This document shows positions 27,586-39,900 of a stretch of DNA of 64,000 bases, in pieces; within the stretch, counting starts at the first letter, position 1; every line of letters begins with the position of its first letter. Source of the stretch: Octopus vulgaris (taxonomy: Eukaryota); NCBI GenBank assembly GCA_951406725.2, contig OX597814.1, forward strand, positions 211,606,001-211,670,000, read 5' to 3'. The translations under genes and the position numbers were made by a program. The notes below the pieces were generated by a model that was given only the letters and a program-made list of their open reading frames with translations, made no database searches and was not told where the DNA came from.

Positions 27586-28353
27586 TCCTTTCTACTATCG
27601 CCACAAGGACTGAAATTTCGGGGAGGTGGAAAGTCGATTAGATCTACCCCAGTACGCAACTGATACTTAACTTATCAATCCCGAAATAATAAAAGGCGAG
27701 GTCAATCTCGGCGGAATTTTAACTCAGAACATAGCGACGGGCTAAATACCGCTAAGCATTTCGACCAGCGTGCTAACGATTCTTTTCTACTCTAGGCACA
27801 CAGCCCAAATTTTTCGAGGAGAGGGCCAGTCGATTAGCTCGACTCCAGTACGCAACTGGTACTTAATTTATCGACCCTAAAAAGATGAAAGGCAAAGTCG
27901 ACCACGGTGGTATTTGAACTCAGAGCATAAAGACAGACGAAATACCCACATGGGGCTAAAAACAAAGAGGACAAACAAGAACAGACAAACGGATTAAGTC
28001 GATTACATCGACCCCAGTGCGTAACTGGTACTTATTTAAGCGACCCCGAAAGGATGAAAGGCAAAGCCGACCCAGGCGGAATTTGAACTCAGTACGTAGC
28101 GGTAGACGAAATACGGCTAAGCATTTCGCCCGGCGTGCTAACGCTTCTTATTTCTTTATTGCCCACAAGGGGCTAAACATAGAGGGGACAAACAAGAACA
28201 GACAAAGGGATTAAGTCGATTGCATCGACCCCAGTGCGTAACTGGTACTTAGTTTATCGACCACGAAAGGATGAAAAAACGAGTCGACCTAGGCGGAATT
28301 TCCTAAGCATTTCGCCCGGCGTGCTAACGCTTCTGCCAGATCGATCGCCGCCT
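27586..28353 (-). mobile_element. nested array of four SINE family B units within one 15-bp TSD
   Basis: TAAAGTTCGTTGATA at 27571-27585 and 28354-28368; four repeats of the CCAGT(A/G)CG(C/T)AACTG body. Confidence 0.88.
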
Positions 28354-29187
28354 TAAAGTTCGTTGATAATATATTTTGGGAAATACAGGAATGGGAAACG
28401 CAAATTTGAAATTGCAGACATTTACATATAAATGGTGATAATATTATCCTTTGGTATACATTATTGCTACGTGCTTCTAACTCTGCTAATCCGTCACAAT
28501 AGATATGCCTGCCGTTGATTGAAACAGAAAAACAGTAAACATGTTTACATTGATAACATAGAAGAAGAAGAAAAAAAGCTACCGAAGTAGACTAAAGAAA
28601 CTATAATTTATCGAGATGAGAGTAATAGTAATAGCATTATTGGTAGATATGGTATATATTGCATCTCTTTACTTTGGTTTTTAAACATAGATAATTTTAC
28701 GTCTTCATTACGTTTTAGAATAACATGGTCCGTTTTTATTTCTGAATTGTGGATACACTGCATTTTCTGCCACATATCTTAGTTCCTAGAATATAATCAC
28801 GCAAGCTTATGAATCATATTAAAATTCGGATCCTATCCAGGTAAAAATATCACAGATTTCTTTCTAATCCTATCTTCAATATGTATCAAAAATACCATTT
28901 TAAATGAGACCGACACACTTGTAAAAGACATTACCCATGAACTCAGCATTCATAACATCAGATATACATTGCTATCATATAAACGTATTTTATGATTAAA
29001 CATCATGATTTTAGTTTAACCTCCTTTCACTAAATACTTTAGAATTTAAAAAAAAAAATACATGACAAGAGATTCTTCCATGTAAAAAATCAAGCAGAAA
29101 TCACGCCTCCCACTTTGAAATATTAAATATTAGTATTACATTATTTCTATGCACAAAGTTCTAGCATTTGTATTTGAATTAGAGTAT

Positions 29188-29938
29188 CTTTTCCCTTTGA
29201 ACGGCATTTAATTAATTTTTTTGTAACTAAACACCTTCAAACTTCGAACTCTGGTAGAATGTGTCATATAAAACCTTTGTCAACAACAACTATCGGTGGT
29301 GTATATTTCGATTGTCACTGTTATTTGTGACATCGTTCGTGCGTTTATACTGGCTTTAGCTTTAAGGTTTTAGGGTTAGGGTTAGGTTTAACGTTTTAAG
29401 GTTAGGATTTTAGGATTTGGGTTTGAGTTAGGGTATTGGGGTTAGGGTCAGGGTTGGTGTTTTAGAGTTAGGATTACAGAAAAAAGTGAAAAATGAAGAA
29501 ATTGGAGGGGGAAAGGTAGTGGGCAGAAAAGTCTTTCCGAAAATAGTAGCTGATAAACAGGAAACGAAACCTAAAAGCAGTAGATATGCAGGAACGATTA
29601 TAGCGGTGTCCTGAAGTAAACATGCTTCAGATACACTCGTTTATTCATACAAACGTAACTGACATGACATATGTCATAAATAACTGTGACAAACGAAATA
29701 TACACCACCGGAAGTTGTTGATCCGAGTAGTAATTTTATTCAGCTGAAAACACGACAATGATTGGTTGAAATTACAGAAATACGACAAATTGAACACGAA
29801 ATGACTTTGAAAATAGAAACTTTTCTCAATAAAAGATGTAAAAGATGTTTAATATGACACATTCTACCAGTATACGAAATTTGAAAGTATTTAGTTGCAA
29901 AAACTTAACTTTTCGATCTGCTTTTCAAAGGGAAAAGG
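29188..29938. mobile_element. TIR element (MITE-like) with an internal degenerate (TTAGGG)n tract
   Basis: Ends CTTTTTCCCTTTGAA and TTCAAAGGGAAAAG; CTGGTAGAATGTGTCATAT vs ATATGACACATTCTACCAG; CGGTGGTGTATATTTCG vs CGAAATATACACCACCG. Confidence 0.8.
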
Positions 29939-30579
29939 TCCGAATTAGACCATCGCTATTTTGAATCTATAATTCTATCCTTTCAGCTCAATTTGTACTA
30001 TGGCAATTAAAATCTTGTATTGAGAACAGAAAGAGAGAAACTATATCAAACACTGGAAAATATATGCAAAAACTCGAAAGCAACGCCAGCGATATTCTCG
30101 GATTGTAATTTTAATATCCAAATCTCAATAAGAAAATCCTTGTTTTCTAGAATATATGTTTTCTTCATTAATAATGAAACTATTCTTAAAGTTGTCAACT
30201 TCGTAGTTATAACAATTTCTATGGACAATTTTTAACAATTACATTAATAACTCTGTAATTGAGATTCATTGTATTTGCAAATTAGACATTAAATGGCGGT
30301 GCCCAAGCATGGCCACAGCTCGTGAGCTGAAACTAGAATCAACCAATCAATCATTGAAAACCACAGCGTCATGAAGGATCTATCTCAATTCTTATTTTTA
30401 GATTATTAATCTCATTGATTATTCTTTTAAAGAAAACAAAAACATGTATTAATGATACATTCCCGTCTTAAAAAGAAATAATCATCAGGAGCAGGTAGGA
30501 TGAAGATTTAGATGATAACAATAGAAAAAACAATAAGACTTTTTAATGGATCGCATATCTTGGTACAATATAGCGTGGG

Positions 30580-30616
<37 letters not shown>

Positions 30617-31944
30617 CATACATAAAGCCACAAATTATCTTGTTTTGTTTAAATGTCATATCAAATATTTCCTCCCAAATTATAAATACGAAAAAGAAAA
30701 CTAAAGACTTAAAACTATTAAACTCCCATTTAAAATTCATTCCCACAACAGTAATGACGTCTCTCATAATTATGTGAAAAGTACTCTCTTCTAACAAAAT
30801 AATTAGTATAATAATTGTATATGCACCATCACTTTACAATCTGAAGAAAACTTTGTGGCTAAAGAATTACTCAGTTACACTACATAAAATTCAGCAACAA
30901 CTTGACCTCAATTACCTTAAGTTTTAGTCATTGATTCATTCATGAAATTTATGGACAATCTCGTTTAGAAACTGGATTAGAAGAAATTGTGCACGGATAT
31001 AAACCCTGATGATGGCAATTAATGTGAAGCAACGTTGATTTTCATGCAAAATGGCAATGATGTTACAGTGAAAACGACCCACGCGTGGACGGAGAACGAG
31101 TACTGAACTCACTTAAACACATGTCAACATGAGCTAAAAAAAAACTTGCACTAACAGATAAAGGCTTGCCCAGTACGCACATTAAGTTTATATGAAATTT
31201 AATTCTCTAGACTGAATAAAATCAAAGCGTGTTTAAAAACGTTAATGCTTATGCATTTATATTTTCACAAGAGCAAGAATTTATTTAAACCTCACATTCC
31301 CTTATTTATATATATTAGTTTATTTGAACTAGGGTTTGATGTTATCATATTATGTTGTTTTCCTCCTGATATAAAACAATTTCACCGTGATATTCCTTGT
31401 AGTTAATATCAAGTTCATGCTTATCTTAACAAGCATTGCTATCATAATCTTTATAGCTTTTCGTAATTTGAAATAACATTTCAAGAATGAAATATATTCT
31501 AGAATTGGATTAGATTTGATTGAATCATTTAATACATTCCTTTCATTCCTTAAACATCTTTTCGAAATTCCAGTTATTATATTTATCTAGATTAAACTAT
31601 CAGTTTATTAGGTTTCTCTAAGTTTAGTATTACGTTATTTAATCTCATCACAACTTGCTGCTTAACCATCTGTATGTCAAACGATTATTTATGTGTACAG
31701 GCCAGAATTGTTCCGAATTTTAGCAAAATTTTATAGAAATGTGTTACTCGTAATTTGTTTCATTCCTTATTTCATACTATGGTATTTGGATCCAATTTAA
31801 AATGTTCTAACAATAATAAATGTTTTCACATTTATCCTAATAAATTCATTTTCACATAGTCTTATAAAGTTTAATGCCATATTATAAATATTTACCGTTT
31901 TCTACACCGTAGCTGCTACAAATTCCGTTGGATATATTCTTATA

Positions 31945-32365
31945 GGCGCAGGAGTGGCTGTGTGGTAAGTAGCTTGCTAACCAACCACATGGTTCCGGGT
32001 TCAGTCCCACTGCGTGGCATCTTGGGCAAGTGTCTTCTGCTATAGCCCCGAGCCGACCAATGCCTTGTGAGTGGATTTGGTAGACGGAAACTGAAAGAAG
32101 CCTGTCGTATATGTATATATATATATGTATGTGTATGTGTGTGTGTGTTTGTGTGTCTGTGTTTGCCCCCCTAGCATTGCTTGACAACCGATGCTGGTGT
32201 GTTTACGTCCCTGTCACTTAGCTGCTCGGCAAAAGAGACCGATAGAATAAGTACTGGGCTTACAAAGAATAAGTTCCGGGGTCGATTTCCTCGACTAAAA
32301 AGGCGGTGCTCCAGCATGGCCGCAGTCAAATGACTGAAACAAGTAAATGAGTAAAAGAGTAAGAG
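31945..32365 (+). mobile_element. SINE family A, full length
   Basis: Near-identical to 12113-12555. Confidence 0.9.
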
Positions 32366-32900
32366 TTATCTAGTTTCCAGTACTGTAAAAATTTTCTATT
32401 TTACAACACTTCTTCATACCTTACACATTATCGGGTACCTTAATTCCGACTTATTTTCACATATTTTAGTTGGTATGTTATACTGATGTAAAACGACTGG
32501 GAATAGTTCGTTAAGTGTAACAATTGCTGAATCAACTCAAAATACATTTAATGCGGACATCACGGAACGCCGAATTAACGGCTAATTGCAACATCAACGA
32601 TTGTTTTGTTTTTAATCACTGTTTCTTCTATACCAGTGACTGCAGATTTTGTTCTAGCATGCGATGATAAGTAGACTCACGGAATCCAAGGAAGCAGATG
32701 TGCGCAATTAGTAAATCCACTACATCTGCTGGAATACCATCTGCTGCAACTGATGTATATGTGTATTTCTAACACTGATGCCTATGAGAGGTATTATCTC
32801 ACAAAGAGTGCTGGGGTTAGCTCTGCTTTCCTTGAAATATCTGAATTATGGAAGGTACACTCTTGTAAACAAATACATCTTCCTTTGCACATAACGGATA

Positions 32901-32944
<44 letters not shown>

Positions 32945-32959
32945 ACGAATTCCCCACTC

Positions 32960-33200
32960 TCTCTTTCCACGCCTGATGGAACGCAGGAGGGCTACATATT
33001 TCGCCTGTTGAGTGGACTTAAGCAGTGTGAGAGGAAGTGTTTCGCTCAAGAACAGGACGGACCGCCTCGTCCAGGAATCAAGTTAGCTTACGATCATGAC
33101 TCTAATACCCTAGCAACTAAGGTGTGCGTCTTGACATATCTAGATATCATCAGTCTTTTACTTTCATCTTTTATTTGTTTCAGTCATTTGACTGCGGCCA
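32960..33200 (-). mobile_element. degenerate SINE family C head plus SINE family A tail fragment
   Basis: GCTCAAGAACA..CCAGGAATC..ACGATCATGA; TGTTTCAGTCATTTGACTGCGGCCAT. Confidence 0.55.
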
Positions 33201-34861
33201 TATGTATGTGTGTATGTGTATGTGTTTGTGTATGAGTGTGTGCGTTACTGCATGGTTTCTATTGATAATGTCTAGACCTATTTGTATGTTTTTGTACTTC
33301 ACGTATAGTTATTATTCGTCCATAAACTTAGTGTTACGCTATATCACTGGAAGAGCCAGGTGAGCAGTACAATGGTATATTTAAACTCTCTGTTCCACGT
33401 GTCTCCCCTTCTTCTGCTTATTTTGTCATTCCGTGATATGTATCTTTATCTGCGCAAGCGCTGATGAAATCTGTGAATTGAAGGAAAATATCTGTAGAAA
33501 TGTCTCGAATTCTTGCGATAAAAGTGCATTGACTAAACGTGTTATCGAATGAAAAGAATTAACGTGATTAATCTCATTAAGAGCGTATTACATTGGGTCA
33601 TTTTATGAACAGTATGGCTGAATAACAGACGTGATAGTCATGGATGGAAATGTATTTTTATTCATTTGTGTGCTCGATCAAAGTTGGCTTGAAATTCTAC
33701 AATAGCAGCAGTATTTACTAGAAAAATAACCACTAAAACGGCAAATCCATTACTATGCTGAATTGAATTTGGAGGAGAGAGACACGGATTTAAAGGTAGA
33801 AATTGAAGATTGACACTTTGGCTTGTATAGTGTCAGGTAGGTTGGCTGGATTTTATAGAATACTGATGTTGCAGAAACCTGTCTCCTCAAAGTTAACTGT
33901 AGCGCATGGTGTTTCAAAATCGATCCCACCATGTATTATCTAATATATCTTTACAAGTCTTAATCTCTTGGCTTCTACAAATTTTATCTTACAGTTTGCT
34001 AAGAAGTTTCATATAGAATGCAACATCAATGTAAAAGATGAAAGAAAATACATCCGACACTTTAGTCTAGCAAAACGAAAAGGAGAAATATTGCGAGCGA
34101 GAAGGAAAGAAGGAGAGACACGAACATAAAATAAAGTATAATTTCAAGAAAGCCTAGCCACAACCATAAGATCTAACATGCAATTTACAAATGCAGTGAA
34201 GTGTAGTATCTGAGAATATATAATACCATAGAATAATGATAGTTTAAGAATGAAGTCAACAGTATGTGTGTTTTATATATCTTCACCGACCGTTCCCATT
34301 AAATACTTTCATACACACGCTCGTGCGCACACACATACATACACTTGCACACACATAAACACATATATACATACAAATACATAACTGAGACTTCAGTTGA
34401 AATCGCCGCATCACGGTCCAGTAGTCAGCTGTTTGACTATTAAACTACCTACAAAGCGGACATTGTATTCTGTTTTCGGTGGCGAAGACTTGTGTAGAAC
34501 CAGACACGCGTTTTGGAAATGTCGATAGCAGGAAGTAGAGAGAAATGGTCGCCACAAACTAAATAAAACAACTGAATCTAGGCTTTTGTATTAGAGATCG
34601 CCATCACCTGGGTTATATTAATTTTCCAAGTCTTACAATAGGACATTTCATCGTCGGCATATAGTGCAAATAGGTCATAGGATTTTTGGAAGTTTATCCG
34701 CAATGGATTGGTCTACTTTCTCTTGCAATACGGCATGGACAAACGCAATCTATTCACGTAGCAGGTCTCTTAATGTTACTGGTATAATTACCTAGTGCCG
34801 AACTGCGCAACTGGTTGTATTTGGTGATACGTTACCAGTAGTACTCAAAGTCGCTCTGCGA

Positions 34862-34896
<35 letters not shown>

Positions 34897-35251
34897 CAGT
34901 AATAATATAGGGTGAAATTAATTAATTTGGAATAATCTTTAATTTCACCAAGTAGATTTCGGTATGTAAAAGCCCCATTCGAGGAAAGTTTAAGTAATAC
35001 TAAGTAATTAAGGGTTTAGCAACGATTTGCCTCACCACACACCGAATTTAGAAATAGCAGGTGACTTAATATTGTATGATCGATTGTCGTCATTTCTTTC
35101 TCTCATGCCTGTCTGTGTTTGCCTTTCAAGTGCTGTGGTTTTACTGAGATCTCCCTTTTAGTAGAAAGAATAGCTATAACTCGTTGACTGCTATTTCTAA
35201 ATTCGGTGTTTGGTGAGGCAAATCGTTGCTAAACCCTTAATTACTTAGTAT

Positions 35252-35255
<4 letters not shown>
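34897..35255. repeat. fold-back repeat, family P, copy 1
   Basis: AGTAATACTAAGTAATTAAGGGTTTAGCAACGATTTGCCTCACCA inverted at about 35190-35255; a fragment of the same family lies at 16598-16672. Confidence 0.85.
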
Positions 35256-35313
<58 letters not shown>

Positions 35314-35316
35314 GTC

Positions 35317-35652
35317 CGTAATAATGAAGGGTGAAATTAATTAATTTGGAATAATTATCAATTACACCAAGTAGTCTTCGGCATGTAAAAGCATCATTCG
35401 AGGAAAATTTAAGTAATACTAAGCAATAAAGGGTTTAGCAACGAATTGCCTTACCACATACCGAATTTAGAAATAGCAGTCAAAGAGTTATAGCTATTTC
35501 TTCTACTAAAAGGGAGATCTCAGTAAAAACAGCAATTGCTGTTTTTACTGAGATCTCCCTTTTTAGTAGAAGAAATAGCTATAACTCTTTGACTGCTATT
35601 TCTAAATTCGGTATGTGGTAAGGCAATTCGTTGCTAAACCCTTTATTGCTTA
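35317..35652. repeat. fold-back repeat, family P, copy 2 with a near-perfect 116-bp-arm palindrome
   Basis: 35420-35535 is the reverse complement of 35536-35652 with one extra T and no spacer. Confidence 0.92.
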
Positions 35653-36683
35653 TATATATATATATATATCAATAATCATTATGTGTGTGTGTATTCTAGC
35701 GTAGACATGCACGTGTGTATATATGTCTGCGTCTATTTATGTGTGAGTGTGTGAGTACGACCAGGACTTTTCTTCTACTAAAATGTACACGAAAATTGAA
35801 TTTTAAATTACTTCTTTTTTTTTTGGTTACATATTTGACAGAATCCTTGTACATCTACCGCTTTCTCAGATTTCGAATGTAAATGGATGTAAACTACTCA
35901 AAATATAACGTCCAGTCAGATTATCAAACCTCGATAGAGGATTTCATATTAGCAATATTGAAATATATCTTTTAGTGTTTAAAGTGTTGCTGACATTTGG
36001 AATATATTTTCAAGTGTTTTTCCCATTAAGTCCAGCATTGGGATAAGATGAGCTGCTCTGCAGAAGTTTGCAGTTCTCATGCTAAAATACTTTAACCCTA
36101 ATAAGTACCAATTGTGGATAAATATGGTTGTGAGGGATGAGTATTCCGCTGGGAACTTGCTTCCATATGTGAAAGAAACCCTTGAATATTGCTAGCATAC
36201 ATGCTCCTACATGCAGCATGTGTTTGTCGCTAAAAAGAACATTTATACTACGCTTTAAATAAAGTCCTGCTCTTGTGGTGTTGCGGTTAGAACGTCTCAT
36301 TTAAATTGTTTTCATATTAGTATCACATTTTGCCACAACTCCAGCAATTTCCGGGGAAGAATAAGTCGACTTTACCCACCCCATTGTCCAAGTGGTATTT
36401 ATTTTATCGTCTTTGAAATGATGAAGTGAAAAGTCAACTGTGGTGTAGTTTGAAGTTAATCCGTAAAAATACACGAAATGCCGCTAAGCATTTTCCCTGT
36501 CTTGCTCACCGACTTAAATTGGTTTCATGTAGATAGTTTCCATACACTCAATATTATATGCAGTGTGTTTGATTCCAATAACATGATAGGAAAACTAGAG
36601 GGAAAGGTAAAAAAGAAATCCCAGGGTGTCTACGTGTACCTCTAATCTTCACATCAATATGCATGTATATAAGATCTGAACAG

Positions 36684-36957
36684 CTCCAACTCTGTCTTTT
36701 ATCCGTGGAGGAGGGATTCAGTGTTGCAAAATGCAGAGGTGCAACGATGTACAGGATTACCCGGGTTGAACGTGTCAGACACGCAGGTATCACAACAACA
36801 TTCGAGCGAAAGTGTGTGGCCATCACGAGAGTCACACAGGCTGGGAGCATACGGAAGCTACGCGACATCATTGGAATTACTTGCACAGGATTGCAAGGTC
36901 TCTGTTTCAATTTCCAACGGTAGGCGAAGAGGACTATCAAGGAAAGAAGGGTCATAA
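36684..36957 (+). CDS. candidate terminal coding exon of an unidentified host gene
   Basis: Non-repetitive and more GC-rich than background; CAG acceptor at 36681-36683; open frame SNSVFYPWRRDSVLQN...GRRRGLSRKEGS*; followed by about 3.8 kb with no recognisable TE (3'UTR-like); no recognisable domain. Confidence 0.35.
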
Positions 36958-39900
36958 TCCAGGCTGGAGTACAGGACCAGGAGGAAGAAAAATAAGGTCA
37001 AGTGAAGGAGATTCCATTGAGCCTGGCTTCAATAGAATCTTCCTAAAATGAAGGTCTTTAACATTTTTTCCTTCAATTGCAGAGGATAAGTATTTATATA
37101 TATGTTACATTAAACGACTTTTATAAAATATTATTATTTTTGATGTGTACGTCCATCTTAGCAAATATTAAATATTCGAAATTAAGAATTAGAAAATGAA
37201 AGTAAAAGCTAAAGCATCTTGTTCTCATATTTTCTTTGTATTTATGAACATGCTCTTTACTACACAGTTCTTAAGTGCTGTAATCGATTCATTAGATTAA
37301 ACAATCTTGAAGGTGGTGACCCTGAAACAAGTCGAACATAACACATAGATGTTGCATGCTTTCTTGGATAAATGAAAGTCTATATAGCCGTGGATATGCC
37401 CATACCTTTTGTATAAATGTGGTTTGAAGGGAAGTGTACCGGTGGATGGATTAAATCGTCACTTCAAATAACAACCTGGCTATATGTTGTGTTTTACTGA
37501 CTGTAAAAGTTACTGTAAGTGGGTTTAACAGTATTCAAACATGTGCATATTCATTTCAGGAGCAGGTGCTTGAGCCGTCTGAAAACTGAATCTCATCATT
37601 GTAATTGAAATAGAGCCATTCGTGCACACTCACACATACACACACGCAGACGCAAATATACACACATATGACTATACGCACCTACACAAATGCTTACATA
37701 AACATAGGTAAATAATGATGGCAGAATTTCGAGAATATAAACATATTGTTAATAAAACATTCGTTAGATGTTTGCTTTCAGTCGCTATTCATGCGTTCTT
37801 TGTTTACTTTTATTAAGCAGAATCATATTTGCCTCATTGAATTGAGAATTGATTGCTTGCGTGGTTTGATTTGTGGGTCATTGCATTATGTTTTTCACTA
37901 TATTCTTTATGTAATTCTGTGCCTCTTTTACCAAGATTTTGATGGTTTCTTCTACAGTTACTCATCATCTGTAAATAATTACACATGTTAATTTTTTTTC
38001 CTTAACGCTTCACGGCATTCGCAGGGGAACCTTGTTTAGAGATGCCAAGCAGTGATGAAATATTGCAACGTAAATACACAAAAAATGTCCATTATTCTGT
38101 AGGAATAACAATAATAATCATGACCGCTCAATTAGATCATGCACAATTTAAAATGCAATGGCATAAATAATTTCTCACATCTACTTATTCGCAAACAGAT
38201 GATCACACACACACACACACACGAACACAGATGCACCGATAATATATATATCAGTTTGAGTCAATGTTTATCGCTAATGACCATGTATGGTTTTCATGGG
38301 AGGAGTAGTAGTTGTGTGTACACAACTTGATGCGTCCTCTGACTGAAATGTCAATTAAGTTGTTTGTAGCATGTTAACTGAGGCAGCTTTACTTTTAATT
38401 TGCTCTAAAGAACATCACAATACAATGTTCTGGTTTCAGTACGGTGAAAAACCGAAATCCATCGTGTGCTTCTCAAATATATATATTGAGCAGTATATGT
38501 ATTTTTTTTTCTACACAACAGACTTTCTATGAATAGATTGTAAAATTCAAAACACCCGCAAAACTTCAAGCATCATCAAGCAGCTCGGACGTTCTGGATG
38601 ACTAGTTTTGTTGATAATATTCAACTTGTCTGGGACACGATTCATGTGTTGAAACATCCTGCAAGAAATGTAGAAAGAGAAAAATATGATCATCCGTCAT
38701 GATTCCTTCTACAAAATTATGGACGACAATTTTTATGACATTTGTTACATGATGTGTCTCATGACAAATAAAAGAGTTGCACGATCAAATTACTTTTGAA
38801 ATTAAACAGTTGCCATTGTTTTGCTTAAATGGAACATAGATACGAGAATAGGAGATGGGTATTAAATACCAATGTGTTGTGCTCAACTATCCACAGACAA
38901 AATTCTTCAGAAGTTCTTTCTTGTGACAGATATAAACCAGAAACAATACAGAACATTATCAGGAGAATTATGCTACAATAAACATTGTTTGTTATAACGA
39001 GTGCTTACGAAACCAGAGAAGAGCTAAAATTAAAAGCAAACGCGGAGGACAGCAGTCGAAATGCGTTATATATTAGCGTGAAAATACATGATAAGTTTCC
39101 GTAGGTCACATTGCTGAATTCTTGCGGAAAAGTAAATTCGATTTATTGAAGCATTTGTCGTAATCCTTACTTTACTCCCTTTTATTATTACATTTTTTGC
39201 AAAAGGAATTAAGAAGTGAAACATAATTTGGTGCAACAGTGGCACACTCAGCCAAAACAATTTGATCTTTCTGAAGGCATGAATAGTTTGTATGAAAATT
39301 CTTTACATTTGCTGAAAAGGTGAGTGAATAAATTGAAAATGGGGAACAGGCATGATCCATAATATTTTTCTTAAGAAATTAGAAACATATCAAAATTAAA
39401 AGAGACAAATTCTGAAAATCTCTAATCTGCTGCTCAAAGTTATCAAAATTACTTATGTAGGCATAAAAAGGAAATATGATAGTGTTTGAATTCTAAGACT
39501 TCCTTTAATATCCAGTGGCTAATCTGAATATCTGCATCTAGAAAATTGCAAAATCGGCCCCAGCAAGAAAACTCCTAAGAGCACAATAGTTACATAAACA
39601 TTTTTGTATAAATGTATAAATGGATGCACAAAATTTTTGACACATTTAAGGTGTCATGATAGTAAAGCTATAACTATCTTATGCATACTGCGAAATTGTG
39701 TTTAACCACATGTGTGTAGAATACGATAGACACTATTCTTATGCATGGTCTAAACATTCCCAAGAAAGCAGAAATATTGATGTCATCCGTCTATGTGATT
39801 TTTAATTGTAAACTGACTCAGGAGAGGCATTCCTTTTTACCGGGATTCTCATTATAGAAGACTGTGTAGTTAGGTAGACCCGGATATGTTTCAAATATTG

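Noticed and set aside
34940-34990. Hammerhead remnant in fold-back family P (minus strand GGC...ACC GAAA)
   Set aside because: Core and stems I and III are not recognisable in any of the three copies
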